DNA of 64,000 nucleotides from Callorhinchus milii (GCF_018977255.1 NW_024704743.1:111540001-111604000), one strand, 5' to 3'. Positions 13,211 to 26,868 are shown, counted from the first letter of the stretch. Translations and numbers: made by a program. The notes: a model not told the origin generated them from the sequence alone.

Positions 13211-15318
13211 GAGAGAGTTCAGAGCAGGACAAGGAATTATCCTAGGATTTCAAGTTTTAAGCTACGAAAAGAGAATCACAATACAGAATTTGTTTCCATA
13301 GCAGAAAAGTAGATTGACATATGATCTGAGTCCTGACATCTATATTATCCATGTCTCTCAAAATTTAAATAGGTTATTTAACTGAGATTGTGATGGTAGA
13401 ATGAGAGGACAAAATTCTGGAGATTAGAAGATTTTTTTTATACATAGAAAAATGGATAAGAATTCCAGCAAAAACAGTTAATGCTATGCTGATTAATTCC
13501 TTTAAAAATCAGTTGTAAAAATATTTGTTTAAGATCAGGATTGAAAGTTATAAGGATAAGCACTGATAGATGATCAAATACTCTGTGAAAATGATTCCCC
13601 ATCACTGGACTCATGGGGATGTCATCTATAGAGTGCAATTGTTTAGGAGGAAAATAATGCAGGTAATCATATTTCACTGATAACCTGGAGTGTTGCAAGA
13701 TGACATTGGTGATGAGAAGAAATTTCAGAGCTTTTATGTGCTTAGAAGATTTATTTGTAGTTAGTCGCCTTCCTCATTTAATTTTAAAAAATGGAATAGT
13801 CCAACATAAGGCAAAGGTGCCTTTTTTCTTTCCAAAGAATGAGCTTGGTGTACAGAGGGTTTTTTCTCATTTCATATGTTCCCATGTTCTCAGCTTTAGT
13901 AACATTTAATTAGACTCGATATCACAAAATCAAAATGGCAGACTTTTTTTAATATTGAAATAAACTTGTAAAAGATTAAATCTAGCTGCAAAATTACAGC
14001 AGGACTACATGAAAAATTAATTTGTGCTGCATTTTCAGGGTGTAATTGGCGCTTAGTACAAAGTAATATTTTAAAATGGTAATGGTTTAACTGGCATCAA
14101 TTGGAATGATTATAAAATATTCCATTTTGCAAGCCAGTAAAACACAGCACCAAGACAGTTCAAAAATTATAATGTAATAAAACAGTTCTTTTCAAAGCAT
14201 GCTTTTGTTTGGCTGGCGTACAGCAAATTGTAATACCTCTGCATATTGGAAGCTGCTAAGGCCAGTGAACTGGTGTCTAAACAAAAACCGTACAGTAATT
14301 GTTAGCATACCAAAAAAATAAAAAAGGGGCCCAGAATATTTTTTCTGGATACCTGCCAGAACTCTTAGGCCAAATCCTGTTTTACTTTGCCAGGATCAGT
14401 CTTGACCTATCATTTTTAATAAGTGTACTTGTATTAGAAACAGCTCCTTGAAAGAATTTTTCTCTGGTAATAGGACATCAATGTCTTTACAGACAAATGT
14501 GCATTATCTCTTTGGATAGCCATGCTTCCTAACGTTGTACAATCCTGTTTAAAAGTTTTTCTTTATATAAAAAAAGTCAACCAGCTGAGGACTTAATGAC
14601 ATTAAAGTAATAACTCTTTTTGTATGGGATAATAGATAGCTGGGAATGAATTAAAGTTTTTAACATGCTGCCAGCTTTTTAAAAGATTATTTATATGTCC
14701 TGTAAAATCAAGTTAAAAAAACAACACATTTTCCTGCTAACCAGTAGTGAGATTTAAGCTGAGCAAAGATTTTCAGCTCTAAAATACATAGAGACGGTGA
14801 GTCCAAAAGAAGTAGGAAAAAAGGAGTAATAAAGACAAATGGCTAAGGTCGTGAAAATATACAGGATCAGGCAGCATGTGTTGCAGCTACAGATTTTTTT
14901 TCCCCTGCAGCAGTTTTTTAAAAAAATTGGTTTACAAAACTTTAAAATCAACAGGAAGTTTGAAAACAAAAGTCTAAGAACACAAGATTGCAGGGTTTAT
15001 AGCTATCAAGCGGTTCATAATTGCAAATATTTTTGGAACGCTTAGCATGAGGTCTATTGTGCACCATGTGTAAACCATGTGAAAATAACTTACATTTATA
15101 AAGTGCCTTTCATGTAAAAGGAGGTCTCAGAATGCTTCATAAAAGGAGAATAATGAATAATGGTGATTGTTATGTAGGCATAAGCAGCAGCTAATTTTGT
15201 CACCACAACCTCACATCAATGAGAAGAGCAGTCAATTCATCTAAATAATAATATTAATTCCTGCATTTGATATAGTGCCTTATCAGGTTGTCGAGACATC
15301 TCAAAGCGTGGAGTAACA

Positions 15319-15577
15319 TGGAGTCCTGTAGCTCAGGGGTTAGAGCACTTGCCTCGCAAGCGAGGCACCTGGGTTCGATTCCCAGTAGGGCGAAACGTTC
15401 GGCAAGTTTCCTTATTCCACACGCCTGATAATAATCCCTCAAGAAAAAAATAAATTTGGTCATTCAATCCACGACTGTGTATACAGTCAATTCACTTTAC
15501 AGTATATTCTGTGAAGTGCTTTGAGACGTCTCAAAGACGTGAAAAGCGCTGTGTCAAATGCAACGATTATTATTTAT
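15319..15577 (+). mobile_element. tRNA-Ala-derived composite SINE, short form (internal deletion), preceded by an inverted SINE tail at 15243-15308
   Basis: GGAGTCCTGTAGCTCAG head, GGTTCGATTCCC B box, tail AAAAGCGCTGTGTCAAATGCAACGATTATT. Confidence 0.88.
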
Positions 15578-15629
15578 TAAAGCTCTTCACAGGATATATT
15601 GAGATATGGACTGTCTGTGTATTTTGTGG

Positions 15630-15968
15630 GCGATACATGGAGGCCAATTGTGCACAACAATGTCCCACAAACAGCCATGGAGTGAGTGATCAATTTTCTT
15701 TGGGGGACTATTGGCCAGAACACCAGAAACCCACCCACCTTCCCTCTTTGAATAGAGCCATGGGATCTTTAACGTCCACCTGAATAGGCAGACGGGACTT
15801 CATTTTAAAGTCTCATCCGAAGGATAGCACTTCTGACAATGCAACACACCTCCAGCACTGTATTGGAGTGTCAGCTTGGACTATGTGATTCCAAGTCCTG
15901 TTGTGGGACTTGAACCCACAACCTTCTGACTCAGAGGCGAGAGTGCTACCCCTGAGCCAGGCTGACAC
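15630..15968 (-). mobile_element. DeuSINE (SacSINE1/AmnSINE1-like)
   Basis: Minus strand reads GTCAGCCTGGCTCAG..TAGCACTCTCGCCTCTGAGTCAGAAGGTTGTGGGTTCAAGTCCCAC, then the Deu domain CTTCGGATGAGAC...CAGGTGGACGTTAAAGATCCCATGGC. Confidence 0.85.
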
Positions 15969-18906
15969 ACAATCTGAATTTTCTGGGCTAAATTTAGAGG
16001 GAGGAGGAATATTATGACATGGTGTGAAGAGGTAGATTACTTCCATTGGTTTGGTGGACCAGTAATGAGTCAATAACACAAATGCACAAATAATGGCACA
16101 TGTGGAGTGAAACACTCATGCAAACCAAGGACCAAATAGCCTGTTTATATGCTGTAACATTCTATAATTAGTCAGGTCATCCATGGTAAATGCCTTACTT
16201 TTCTTTGAAATTTCCATTTCAAATAAGGGCTTACAATGTCAAAACATCCCAAATGTCTGAAAAACTTAACCAAAAAGAATAACTTCACAGTGCAGTTAAT
16301 GTAATGTAGGTAACCGAGGCAGTGAATCTGCTCCAAGAATTTACTCAGATTATCGTACAGTTTAGTGTTGTTCTTGTACGTTAGGAAGAGCCAAATTGTT
16401 CTCACTGAAGCTTTGACACCCAGAATGCTGCATTCATACAGTTGGAGATCTCCGATGCAGAGACTGAATTGTATTCCCATTGGATAGCAAGAAGTGTCAG
16501 CCTGGGTATGATTGAAACAAGCATATAAAAATGTCAGTCCTGCTTTGGTTCCAAGTGAAATTTCTACAACTCATAAGGAACTGAGAATCTGAATGCACTG
16601 AAGACCTGCTGGAAAGTTGTCGAAGGGACTGCTCCTCAGTGAGCTTTGCTAAGCCAATTGTTTAGAATTTCAGTTTATAGAAATTTCAGGCCACGACAAT
16701 GGACTGGCATCTTGTAAACAACCAGGGCGGCATTGCAAGGTCAAAGTTGAGTTCTCTGTACTTGTAGCTGCAGCATTGTAAATTGAACCTGATGAGAAGG
16801 CCTCAAAAGTAAACGTGGGTATCTTTAGGTCAATTGAAAGCGGCTTCCCAGACACACAGTTTGAATGAGATCAACTAGCATTACCGTCCGGCTCATCTCA
16901 TTCTCATGAATTGTCTGACATCTAGAAATGGAATGATAAGCCTCTGGACTTTTCTTTCCTCTTTGTCTGCCTCCTGGCTAGCCGTACACATTATTCAGTG
17001 CTTTAAAAATACAACCACATTACAAAATGTTTGTAAAATGATAAACATTTCCCTAGCTACACACATTGTGCAAACATTTCAGCTCCTTTCTTGTGGTTTA
17101 CATCATCTGAACCCTCTTTATATATTGTTTTAAGATGAAATATCTCTGTCATACTCTGTTCCTGCTGGTGCTTTTGTATTGTGTGGTGCATTCTGCAGCA
17201 TCTGGCACATGTACAGATCAGCAGTAGTTTGCATTACAGAATAATTTCTATTTATTACAATGCCTCAATATACAAAAATGTCCTAAAGTTCTTTATACTG
17301 ATTATTGTCAAATTAGTAATTGTTTGTTTGTAGGCCAACAGAGTGAATAACATGTTTATCAGGATTATTGTTAGTCAGAACCTTGGGAAAACTCCCTTTC
17401 TCTTTTCAGAGTATGAGGAGTCTTTAACACGCACATAAAGAGGCAGGTGCTGGACTTTGGTTTAATGCCTCATTCAAAGGAGTGTCAGCCTAGTCTACGG
17501 CCTCAAGTTCCAATGTAGAACTTGATCTTCTCACAAATGCATTGTTTCTCATAGTTTCAGGGGTTTTGTGGTGTTCAGTCACTTGTATCCTTTGGGCTTG
17601 CCAAGTATTCTTCTTAGAATACTGCTACCAGAAATAACTAGAACCTCGTGCTTTGTGGATTTGTGAAATTACTGCTACCAGGAGACAACCAGACCCTTAT
17701 ATACACTAACAACCTTTTATCAAAATTGCATGGTAATATTGGGTAAAAAACAATACACGCCAATATTTTACACTACACGCCAACTAAATGCAGGCGTGTA
17801 AAAAAATGGTTCTACAGTATCTGGCGGCTGGTGAAGACCACAAACTCCCCCACCCACCACCTGATTTTAATCAGCTGTGTCTGATACATGCGGAAACCAC
17901 CATGATGCCTAAGAGTATCCAAACCAGACTGAGAGTTCCACATATGTATGTCACCAACACATGGACATTTCCCTATGTCTGGAATGGAATGTCCCTGGAG
18001 GGATGCACCCTCCCCTCCTTCCCTAATTCTGGGCAGTATTAAACATGGGTTGGAAAGATCCAAGGCTTAGGGATCTGAGAGTATGGAGTTTAACTTGCTA
18101 AACCACATAGCTTGCCACTCAAAGCACTGTCTGGCAAGCTTCCTACTGCTTGTTCAGCTAGGACCATCCGATCCATAAGGCTTTTGATTTGCAGGGTTAA
18201 CAGGAGCTGAGTTATAGATTTAAAATACCCCTGTTCATCTACAGATCCTGAAATCTAATCCCCAAATAATATTTTTCGTCAACATACTGGTTTTAAAGAT
18301 ATTTTCCTTTTTCTGTACCCTATTTAGAATACTCCTGCTCAAAAAGCAACAGTACATTTCCAACTGCAATTTTTCAATTAAAGAATGTAAATGACCAAAG
18401 TTGAGAATTTAACATATCAACATTCATAAGATGTCAGTCGAGCTCAAAATCTGTATTGAACTACAGCAAATTTGCCTTTTAAAGAAGGATACACTGATAA
18501 TTATACTCGGTTGGAAACAATTTGAGCTTTGAATCAGTCTCTAATTTCACTAACAAAATTGCAAGCAGCAGCTGCAGGTGTGGAGAGACCTAGACAGAGC
18601 ATGATGTTACTGTTGAGGAAAATTTGATAATTCTAATAAGTCACGCAGCTTCAACTGTGTTCACAGCAAGCCAATATAAAAATTCAGGTCATAAATAATA
18701 TTTCAGATTTCTCCAGTGAACCTTTGAAATTAATTTTTAGTAAAACAGAAACACTGCTGCATTACTACTTTAGGAATGTTAATCTTCCAACAACATTTTA
18801 AAGATTAAGAGGAAAGTGAACATATGTACAGGGAAACCTCATTATAGCAGCTGGCTCCAATGTCTCAACTGGGTTATAATAAAAGAATAAATAATTTGAT
18901 TTAGAG

Positions 18907-19077
18907 CAGCGGTGGCCAACCACAGGGCTGTAAAGAAGGCCCCCACACCCCACAGAACATTTGCGCAAGTCTAGGTAAGTTTGTGTTCGATCGGTAGTGT
19001 GTTTTCTTAATTGAATATTTTTTGATTTATGGCATAAATTTATTCTGTTGGCCGATCACAAAGGTTGGCCAACACTG
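18907..19077. mobile_element. Non-autonomous hAT-type MITE, 171 bp
   Basis: TIRs CAGCGGTGGCCAACC / GGTTGGCCAACACTG (13/15). Flanking 8-mers ATTTAGAG / ATATGGAG (6/8) fit a decayed 8-bp TSD. Confidence 0.7.
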
Positions 19078-20078
19078 ATATGGAGCCTTAAACAGGAAGC
19101 ACTTCACAGGATATTCTGTAAAGTGCTTTGACCGTGTGTTTTGTGGGCCAATGTGGCAGCCAATCTTATAAGTGAAGCGCCAAATAATTATTGACTTCTC
19201 GGTCATCAGGTCATCACGCTCACAGTTACACAGGAAATGTCTGTAATGGCGCTCCCTAGACATAGTAACCTACCCATGCAGGATGTAATATCTTCAGCCA
19301 ATCTCACAAAATTACAAGTATTTTCTTCCTATGGTTGATGTATGAAAAGCAAACTGCGTGGAACTCTGCGAGTCACCATCTCCAAAAAGGGAGTCAAGGC
19401 AGTTTTTAATTCACTTATTAAATTTGTCATTAATTCTCAACATTCTTTAATCGTCTCACACGTAGAACTTTATTAAATGCTTTCTGAAAATCTAGTTATA
19501 GATATCCCAAAGCATTCAAAACTTCCTGTCAGCTTTGGGTGAATCATTATATCATTCAAGCGAATAACTCAAGACCAAATCAAGATAGATCAGCCCTATC
19601 TGTCGCTAATCTGACATGGAAACATTGCAGTTGAAAGCAAGTGGTTTGTTGCTGTTAATGAACTTTGTGTTCTGTGCTTACAATGGAAGTTCACTTTGCT
19701 TTTTGGCACCAATGCTAATCTGTTCGCTGTTCTAACACAAGGTCTCGATTGAATCCTTCTCTCTTTATTGGTAAAATAAATCAGCACTGTGTCATCTGTT
19801 GAGCAATATACAGTTTAAACCTGGAATAGAATCTTTAAATCTAAAAGGGCCAAAGATGCCACTTGAATTTATAATCTGCTTATGTACTGTCATTTGAATG
19901 CAAACTCCCTATCTCATCAAGGATGTGCTGTCACAGTCAAATGATGGAAGTGTGGTTGAGGTTTACATTTCTGAGACATCTGGCCTCACTAAGCTAAAAA
20001 AGTGAAGCCGGTGTCTCTTGTATAGTGCAGGAAAACATCACTTGAATAATGGTTGCCAATATCATGGTATCTATGACA

Positions 20079-20406
20079 GTGGAGTCCTGTAGCTCAGTGG
20101 TTAGAGCACTCGCTTTGCAAGCGAGAGACCTGAGTTCAATTCCAGGCACAGGGCAAAACCTTGGGCAAGTTTCCTTACTCCACACAGAGCCTAATAATAA
20201 TCCCTCCAAAACCAAAACAATAATAAAAAATTGGTCATTTTCAATCTACGACTGTTTGTGGGACATTGCTGTGCGCAATTGGCTGCCGCGTTCGCCCACA
20301 AATATACAGTCAATTCACTTTACAGTGTGTTCTGTGAAGCTCTTTGGGACGTCCTCCTGACGTGAAAAGCGCTATATCAAATGCAAGGATTATTATTATT
20401 ATTATT
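20079..20406 (+). mobile_element. tRNA-Ala-derived composite SINE, short form, full length and young
   Basis: Intact A box, anticodon arm CTCGC-TTTGCAA-GCGAG, B box; close match to the copy at 37431; (TTA)n tail. Confidence 0.92.
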
Positions 20407-22042
20407 TTAACATCTTAAAGGTACAGTTGATTCGAGCAGTTAAGTAATATGTTACAGTTATTGAATGCCTTCATGTGAGAGTAATATTTCAAAGCACTTT
20501 AAAAGATGATGGAATCATCTGGCATAGAGGAGATTAAGAATTTGAGGGTTTTGACCAAAGGCATAGCGAAAGAGATAGTTTTTTAAGAGAGTGTTGACTG
20601 CAGTGACAAAGCTCAAGTGAAACAGATTTAGGAAGCGAGTTTTATCCAGGGATGTAGTGGCTGAAAGCTATACCACCACTCTCTGGAATTGCACATCAAA
20701 GTGAGAATTAAAGCTACAATCACAACGAAATAAATAAAAGGTCATTTGTGAGAACCTTTTATGTGGTGGAAGGTTACTGGGACGGTGGTTCACAACGTAA
20801 TGACGCCACTGAGATTTGAACATCTTAAAGATGGAATTCTCCATTTTCCCCATTGATAACTGTAGTGTGTGCAAGGTCCTGGAATTGTGTAGTTGTATGT
20901 GTGTTCATAACAAAAATATCCATCACTTCAGAACCTCAATTCTAACATGATATAAATGTAAATGTAATTTAACATCATTCATGAAAATAGAACAAATTAT
21001 AACTGTGAAAATAATTAGATTTAAAGCATATTTTGTACAACTGCTATTACAAAATTGCAGGTAATGGATCAATAGGAGGAATAGCATACCACAACTATTC
21101 CAAAGTGAATACATCTACATTTTTTCCCCATTCGTGCTATTTACAATATATTCAACCTTTGATACTGCACCAAGTAACCACTGCAATGCAGTCACTGAGA
21201 TTATTGAAATGATAGTTGTAATGGATAATCTGTCAATCTGCAGGGCCCAGACCAATCTCGTCTATATTAAAATGACTTCCAAAACAGAAGGTCATTTTTC
21301 TTCTTCTGTTGTCGACGTGACTGGCTCTGCAAGGTCGGCAATTGTTGTGAATCTTTAGATCGTATGAGTGCCATTACAAATGTCTGAAGAAGAGTGCTCT
21401 AACAGATATTGTTCAAAATGCAATTGTAGGATATGTTTAACACTGTTCTTTTCAAAAGAAGGTGGATAATTTAAACACCCAAGGTAATGCTATTGTTTAT
21501 GTCAATACATACATATTTTAGATGAGCCCCAAGAGACCAATCTAAAACTGCATTGAAACGACAAGATTAACATTTTCGAGAGAACTCCTCCCTCCAAAAA
21601 GAACCATTTCAATACTGTGCTGTTTTTTTCTTCAAATTGTGACATTCATCATGGAACCTTCTAACACATGAAAGTGTAAATTAATATGTTTTATATAATT
21701 AAAGCTTTTTCTTTAAAGTACCACATGGAAACACAAATGTCAGCGAAACAGTTCTGTGGATTTCTTTCTTATATTGCAAATTAAGTCTTCTTAAAAATCA
21801 CTAAAAACATTATTTGCTACATATAATAAACTCATTTGAAATGTGTCAATTTTGACCAAATTTGTCGTAATAGTGCCGGCTTCAAAAGTACTAGACCTCA
21901 TTTTCTAGTGAATGAATAACCAACGCTTATCAAAAAGCTTGTCATGTACAGTGAAACTGTCAACATCCTAAGGAGGATATGATTATGAGCTGCTGAATTG
22001 TACTGTAGAATATTTAAATTTAGCTGTGATACAGCTACTCAC

Positions 22043-22113
22043 TCTTGATCTTCTATTTGACCTCTAAGCTGATTAATCAGGGTTTTCTGAATGGCAGCAT
22101 GACTCTGTAATGC
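22043..22113 (-). CDS. PMFBP1: PMFBP1-like exon, 71 nt phase 0-2: ALQSHAAIQKTLINQLRGQIEDQE
   Basis: Acceptor tttaaacag|, donor GA|gtgagt; phases match both neighbours. Confidence 0.85.
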
Positions 22114-22536
22114 CTGTTTAAACAGAACAGAAGACAGTACCGATTGAACACTCAACTACCAAACATCACCAAGTATCATACAATGAGAAAAAATAAACAG
22201 CTGTTAAAGAAGTCCAGCTATGTTCTCATTTAAAGCATATTTTATACTAGTACAGCTCAATTATATAGGTTTCTTTAACTACAGTATCTGTAGTCTTGTA
22301 AGGACAATCAATGAAGAAGTGACTCCTGTTTATTCAATATATAAAAAATGAGAACAATAGAGTGCCAATGATTCATCCCTCTTTGGTTTATAAATTATAA
22401 AAGGATTGAGCAGATTATGGCAGATAACTGGAACACCATGGATTATTGCTATGGATCCTAACTAATTGGAAATAGCCTTATACATAAGGTAAAAGCACCA
22501 CATATTCTCAACTTGAATAGGTATTATTTTGTGTAC

Positions 22537-22630
22537 CTTCATTTGTTCAATTTCTATTTTCTTTTCTTCTAAATCAGCTTTCACTTTTTTCAAATCTTGA
22601 TTCAAGGCTTCAGTGATTTCCTGTAAATTG
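22537..22630 (-). CDS. PMFBP1: PMFBP1-like exon, 94 nt phase 2-0: NLQEITEALNQDLKKVKADLEEKKIEIEQMK
   Basis: Acceptor attttcacag|, donor AAG|gtacac; lies in ORF 22462..22689. Resembles recalled PMFBP1 segment LQQENKKLKKEIEEKK. Confidence 0.88.
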
Positions 22631-23119
22631 CTGTGAAAATATTCAGATTCTGATATCGTGCCGAAGTTTTTAAAATGCTTGATCAACAATTCTCAATTAT
22701 GAATCCTTAGGAATAGATTGGGTGAACCATCAAGTATATCATCTGAATCTCGTTCTTTGATATAATGTCTGATGTACCCTTAGGCCTGCGAGTTATCTTA
22801 ATTACCTCCAGTTTCCCACTATTACTTTATTTCTGTTTCTTCACAGGAGTGAAATAAATTCAAACTGTTGAGAAGTGGAAGACCGCTACTGTCAAGGAAG
22901 GAAATAATATTTCTGTGAGATCATCCTGTAAGTTGCTGAATTTCATAGACTGGGAATGTCCAGCTTCAATGCTAACTGCTAATGAGTTAACTGATCACAA
23001 TCGGATAACCAGAGATGCTGTAGTGGACTGGGATAGGGAGGGGAGGATTTTCATTCAAAGCTCCTTGTGTGATTTGATAGATTCCAGGATGCAAAGGGGA
23101 ACTTATTTTATTTTTCAAC

Positions 23120-23232
23120 TGTGCTTACGGTCACCTCCCCCCTCCTGTGGCTCAGGTTCATGCTCTGCCACTGTCAAGTGCTCTGGGACGCTACCCTGTG
23201 TGAGGGGTGCTATATAAATGCAAATTGTTGTT
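23120..23232 (+). mobile_element. L2 3' tail fragment
   Basis: CTGTCAAGTGCTCTGGGACGCTACCCTGTGTGAGGGGTGCTATATAAATGCAAATTGTTGTT matches the other L2 tails in the window. Confidence 0.7.
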
Positions 23233-23639
23233 CTTTTAAGTTTGACACTGCCAGGATCAGCACAGCATTAAATTCTATCAGAAGGACAGGTGACGATTCA
23301 TTTCCAGACAACTCCCACCTTAATATTACAAAGCTCTGCCTGACATTCAACTTCATACCGAATTCCATCCAAAATTAACTTTGTTATACAAATGTAACTG
23401 ATACTATATAATTTTGAAGTTAACAAAATGTAAATGTTGTTTCCTAATTCTTCCTACAAGTTTTATTGAAAAATATACATATCTATGACATCTGGTTCCA
23501 GGACCCTTAATGACTAGTTACTTTAATAGCTGTAAGTTTTTTTTGTGTTCCTGATAGTTAAAATACATGAATCAATTTGCAAACAGGAAATTGAATTGCT
23601 TGAACCAAAACATGCTAATTGCAAACATTTCAAACTTAC

Positions 23640-23714
23640 ACCTTATCAGCAGTTAACTGAGAGATGAGTTGGTTTTGTTCCTTGAACTTGGCACCAAAAT
23701 TGTCATTTGCAATC
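23640..23714 (-). CDS. PMFBP1: PMFBP1-like exon, 75 nt phase 2-2: IANDNFGAKFKEQNQLISQLTADKV
   Basis: Acceptor ttctttttag|, donor GT|gtaagt. Resembles recalled PMFBP1 segment ANEKLGNQLREQ..IAKLSGEK. Confidence 0.88.
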
Positions 23715-24036
23715 CTAAAAAGAACAATAAATACAGTAAGTAAAAAAGAAAGGGTTGGACTGAGTAAAAACATTCAGACCTCGTGACTATGCATTCCCTA
23801 GACCGGCAAATGGCTTATTCTGTCACAACTTTGACAGTCATCAGGCAAAATATTCCTTCAGTCTGTAAAGTGAGCAAATATCACATTACAATGTGCAATG
23901 TAACTTAATCTAGTAAATATAATAATCAAATTCAAGAGCAAGGATACAGTTCCTGTTTGTAAGATATTCTAAAACAGTCTTACAGACACAGTCAGAGCAG
24001 ATGAATAATTTATTAATTAACCCTCGTATTGTTCTA

Positions 24037-24440
24037 TAATAATAATGATTGCATTTGATATTGTCTTATTTTCTTATCAAGGCACTGAAAGGTCTCAAAT
24101 CGCTTCACAGGGATTACTGTTTAGTGTAGTAACTGTAGGCGAATGTTTCAGCCAATTTAAACAGAGCAATGTCCCACAAACAAGTCAAAATAAATGACCA
24201 TTTTTTTCTGGGGGATTGTTGACCAGAACACCGGGAGAAATTCCCTTCTCTTTTTGAATAATGCCATAAAATCTTTAACGTCTACCTGAACAGGATGACT
24301 CCAGGATGACTGAATTTTTAACGTCTCATCTGAAGGCAGCACTTCTGTCAACACAATGCTCCACTAGCACTGCAGGGTCAGCCTAGACTATGAGTAAAGC
24401 CCTGATAGAGGTGAGAGTGGCACCAACTGAGCTCGGGTGA
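24037..24440 (-). mobile_element. DeuSINE (SacSINE1-like), decayed
   Basis: Deu-domain motifs CCTTCAGATGAGACGTTAAA and CAGGTAGACGTTAAAGAT..ATGGCATTATT, L2-type tail with (TTA)n. Confidence 0.8.
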
Positions 24441-26359
24441 CAACAATCACTAGAGCTTATATTCTATTACATTAAGAGTATACAAGGAGATGGTCAACTC
24501 ATTGTGCTATAAAACTCTGAAATGTAACATGCCAACAATCAACACTTGCAATAAATTAACTTTAATGGCATACAGATTATATTGTGCAACAAAAGTAATT
24601 GGACTGTATCATTACATGGCGCATATTGAAATAAATACTGTAATGAAAAGCTATAAGTTCTTGAATGCAAAGTAAACATTTTAATGGATCTAATTGCAAT
24701 AAGATGTACAATAAATTAAAATCTGTAAAAAGCACATGTTCTGTATTTCAGTGAACTAAAATATAATATGCACAACATAAAGGCATATACTCAGATGGTA
24801 CAAGAAAATTGCTTTCTTATTGCACTGGACAACTTGCATTTATTTCCTGAATGCATAAATAAATTTTTCTGAGGCAAGCAATGTATAGAAACAATAGAAT
24901 ACTCAGCTATTGAGCCCGTTCAACCTTTTTATTAGATCATGATAGATCTTTTAATCCCTTTTCACCATATTCAATAATACCCTCACTCCAATTGACAATA
25001 TTGTACAGAATATTAGCTAACAGATAGCAGGCAGCAGCTGCTTCAAATTCAAATATCTTATATGAGTACACAATAACAATTCCTGGCCAATAAATCCAGA
25101 TTGCCTTATATCAACTTCAGCAGATTTTCAGAAAACAGTGATTGGCTGAAATATGGATAATTCCACACCCAGTTGGTGAATTTGTAGTTTTTCTTCTGCC
25201 CAGTCTGTCTGTTTTCTCCGAAGATTGCATGGAACCCACACGTAAGGAGGTGCTCAGCTTTGCTGAACTGCTAACTGTCGTCACGGGGGTAGGAATACAA
25301 CTGTAGCAACATGAAGCTTTGTATTGTCTATGTTTTTCATGTGCAGTATTTGGGCAGAGTAATGCATTACTTATTCAACATTCTTTGTTCATATGATTGG
25401 TGTGTTCATGGTGTCAGAGTTCAATCAGGGTGTACGTTTGTGAATTTCCATCCACACTGATGTCTTTTCCTGTTCTAACAATTACCATTTTGGGAAAATT
25501 GTCCATAGCATTCCAGATGTAGCCTTACCAATCATCCATTTAGATTAACATAATTTCTACCCTCATATGATTTACTGTCCTTTAGATGTAGCCCCATATT
25601 TGATTAGCTTTGTTGGAAATGTTCCGTAATAACATTACTGCATAACTTTATGACAATACAGATTTATATTTTCATCATTATTTAATGAAATAGAAAATGT
25701 TATTTGAAACTTTTGTGCTCATGCATGGATCATAAAGTCAGCTTGCATACAATGCTTAAAGTGATGTTTGCTGCATAAACTTTAAAATACAAATATCTTC
25801 AAGTCAAAATAAGAAAAACTGGATTAGAATCCGACAGAGGATAATAGATTAATATTTTGAGTGGAAACATTCAAGTGTTGTTATGATGTACGGCCTCACC
25901 CAACACATTAGTTTACCTTTCTCGTTTTCAGATGATGATCAGCCTATTATTATTGTCATTTGTGTTACATTTCTTCTCAACCGTAATGACTAATTTTTCT
26001 TATTCTGTCAGCAAGTTTTGATGACAAATATCTTTTCTCTCGTCTGCTTTGTAAATACAGCATCCTGTCATGTTTTCAATTAGACTGAAAAACATTTCAC
26101 ATGATTTTTTGGATATAGCATTTTTAGAGTTTGCTATGAGCCTTCTGACTTTGTAAACTGGTTTACAGCAGTAAACCTAAATAGCTAACAGACTAATTTC
26201 AACAGGTGGAGAGGAGAATGGTGGCACTGTGCTCACACATCTCATGTCAGGTTTTGCTACTCACCAAGAGACTTCAAAAGAGTTCCTGATAACTGCTATC
26301 CACATGGAAGGCTCAAACCTGTGGTTGTTGGATGTCTAACGATCACCTAGTGATTATCC

Positions 26360-26868
26360 GTGGGGGAAGGGGGGAATTGGACGACAGAGCTTGCTCGAAA
26401 GTGAGGTGTCAGAATGTGAATCCTCTGTGGTGATCGTAGAAGTCCAGTTCTTGAGTAACTGTAGGTGGTGATTGAGGAATGAATCAGAGTGTCACAGAGG
26501 GAACAGTCCCTTCGGAATGCTGAGAGGGGAGGGGAAGGAAAGACATTAGGTGGTTGGATCTTGCTGGAAATGACGGAGAATTATTTGTTGGATGTTGATG
26601 CTGGTGGAGTGGAAGGTGAGGACTAGGGGGACTCTATCACGGTTCTGGGAAGAGGGGGAAGAGATGAGGGCAGAGGTGCGGGAAATAGGGCGCACACAGT
26701 CAAGGGCCCTGCCTTCAGTCGAGGAAAAAAGAAGACATTTCAGTTGCTCTGGTGTGAAAGGTGGCATCGTCAAAGCAGATGTGGCAGAGGCCGAGTAACT
26801 GGGAAAAGAGAATGGAGTCTTTACAGGAGGTGGGGTGTAGTCCAGGCAACTTTGGGAGTTGGTAGGCT
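26360..26868 (-). mobile_element. Penelope-like retroelement fragment (RT C-terminal/linker region)
   Basis: Translation SCLDY...RALD.VRPISRTSAL...RDRVPLVLTFHSTSINIQQIILRHFQQDPTT, followed out of frame by FPSPPLSAFRRD.SL, typical of vertebrate Penelope elements. Confidence 0.75.

Noticed and set aside
12520..13320. Adjacent inverted CR1 pieces as a twin-priming product
   Set aside because: Both pieces cover the same part of CR1 ORF2 and differ strongly, so two independent insertions are more likely.
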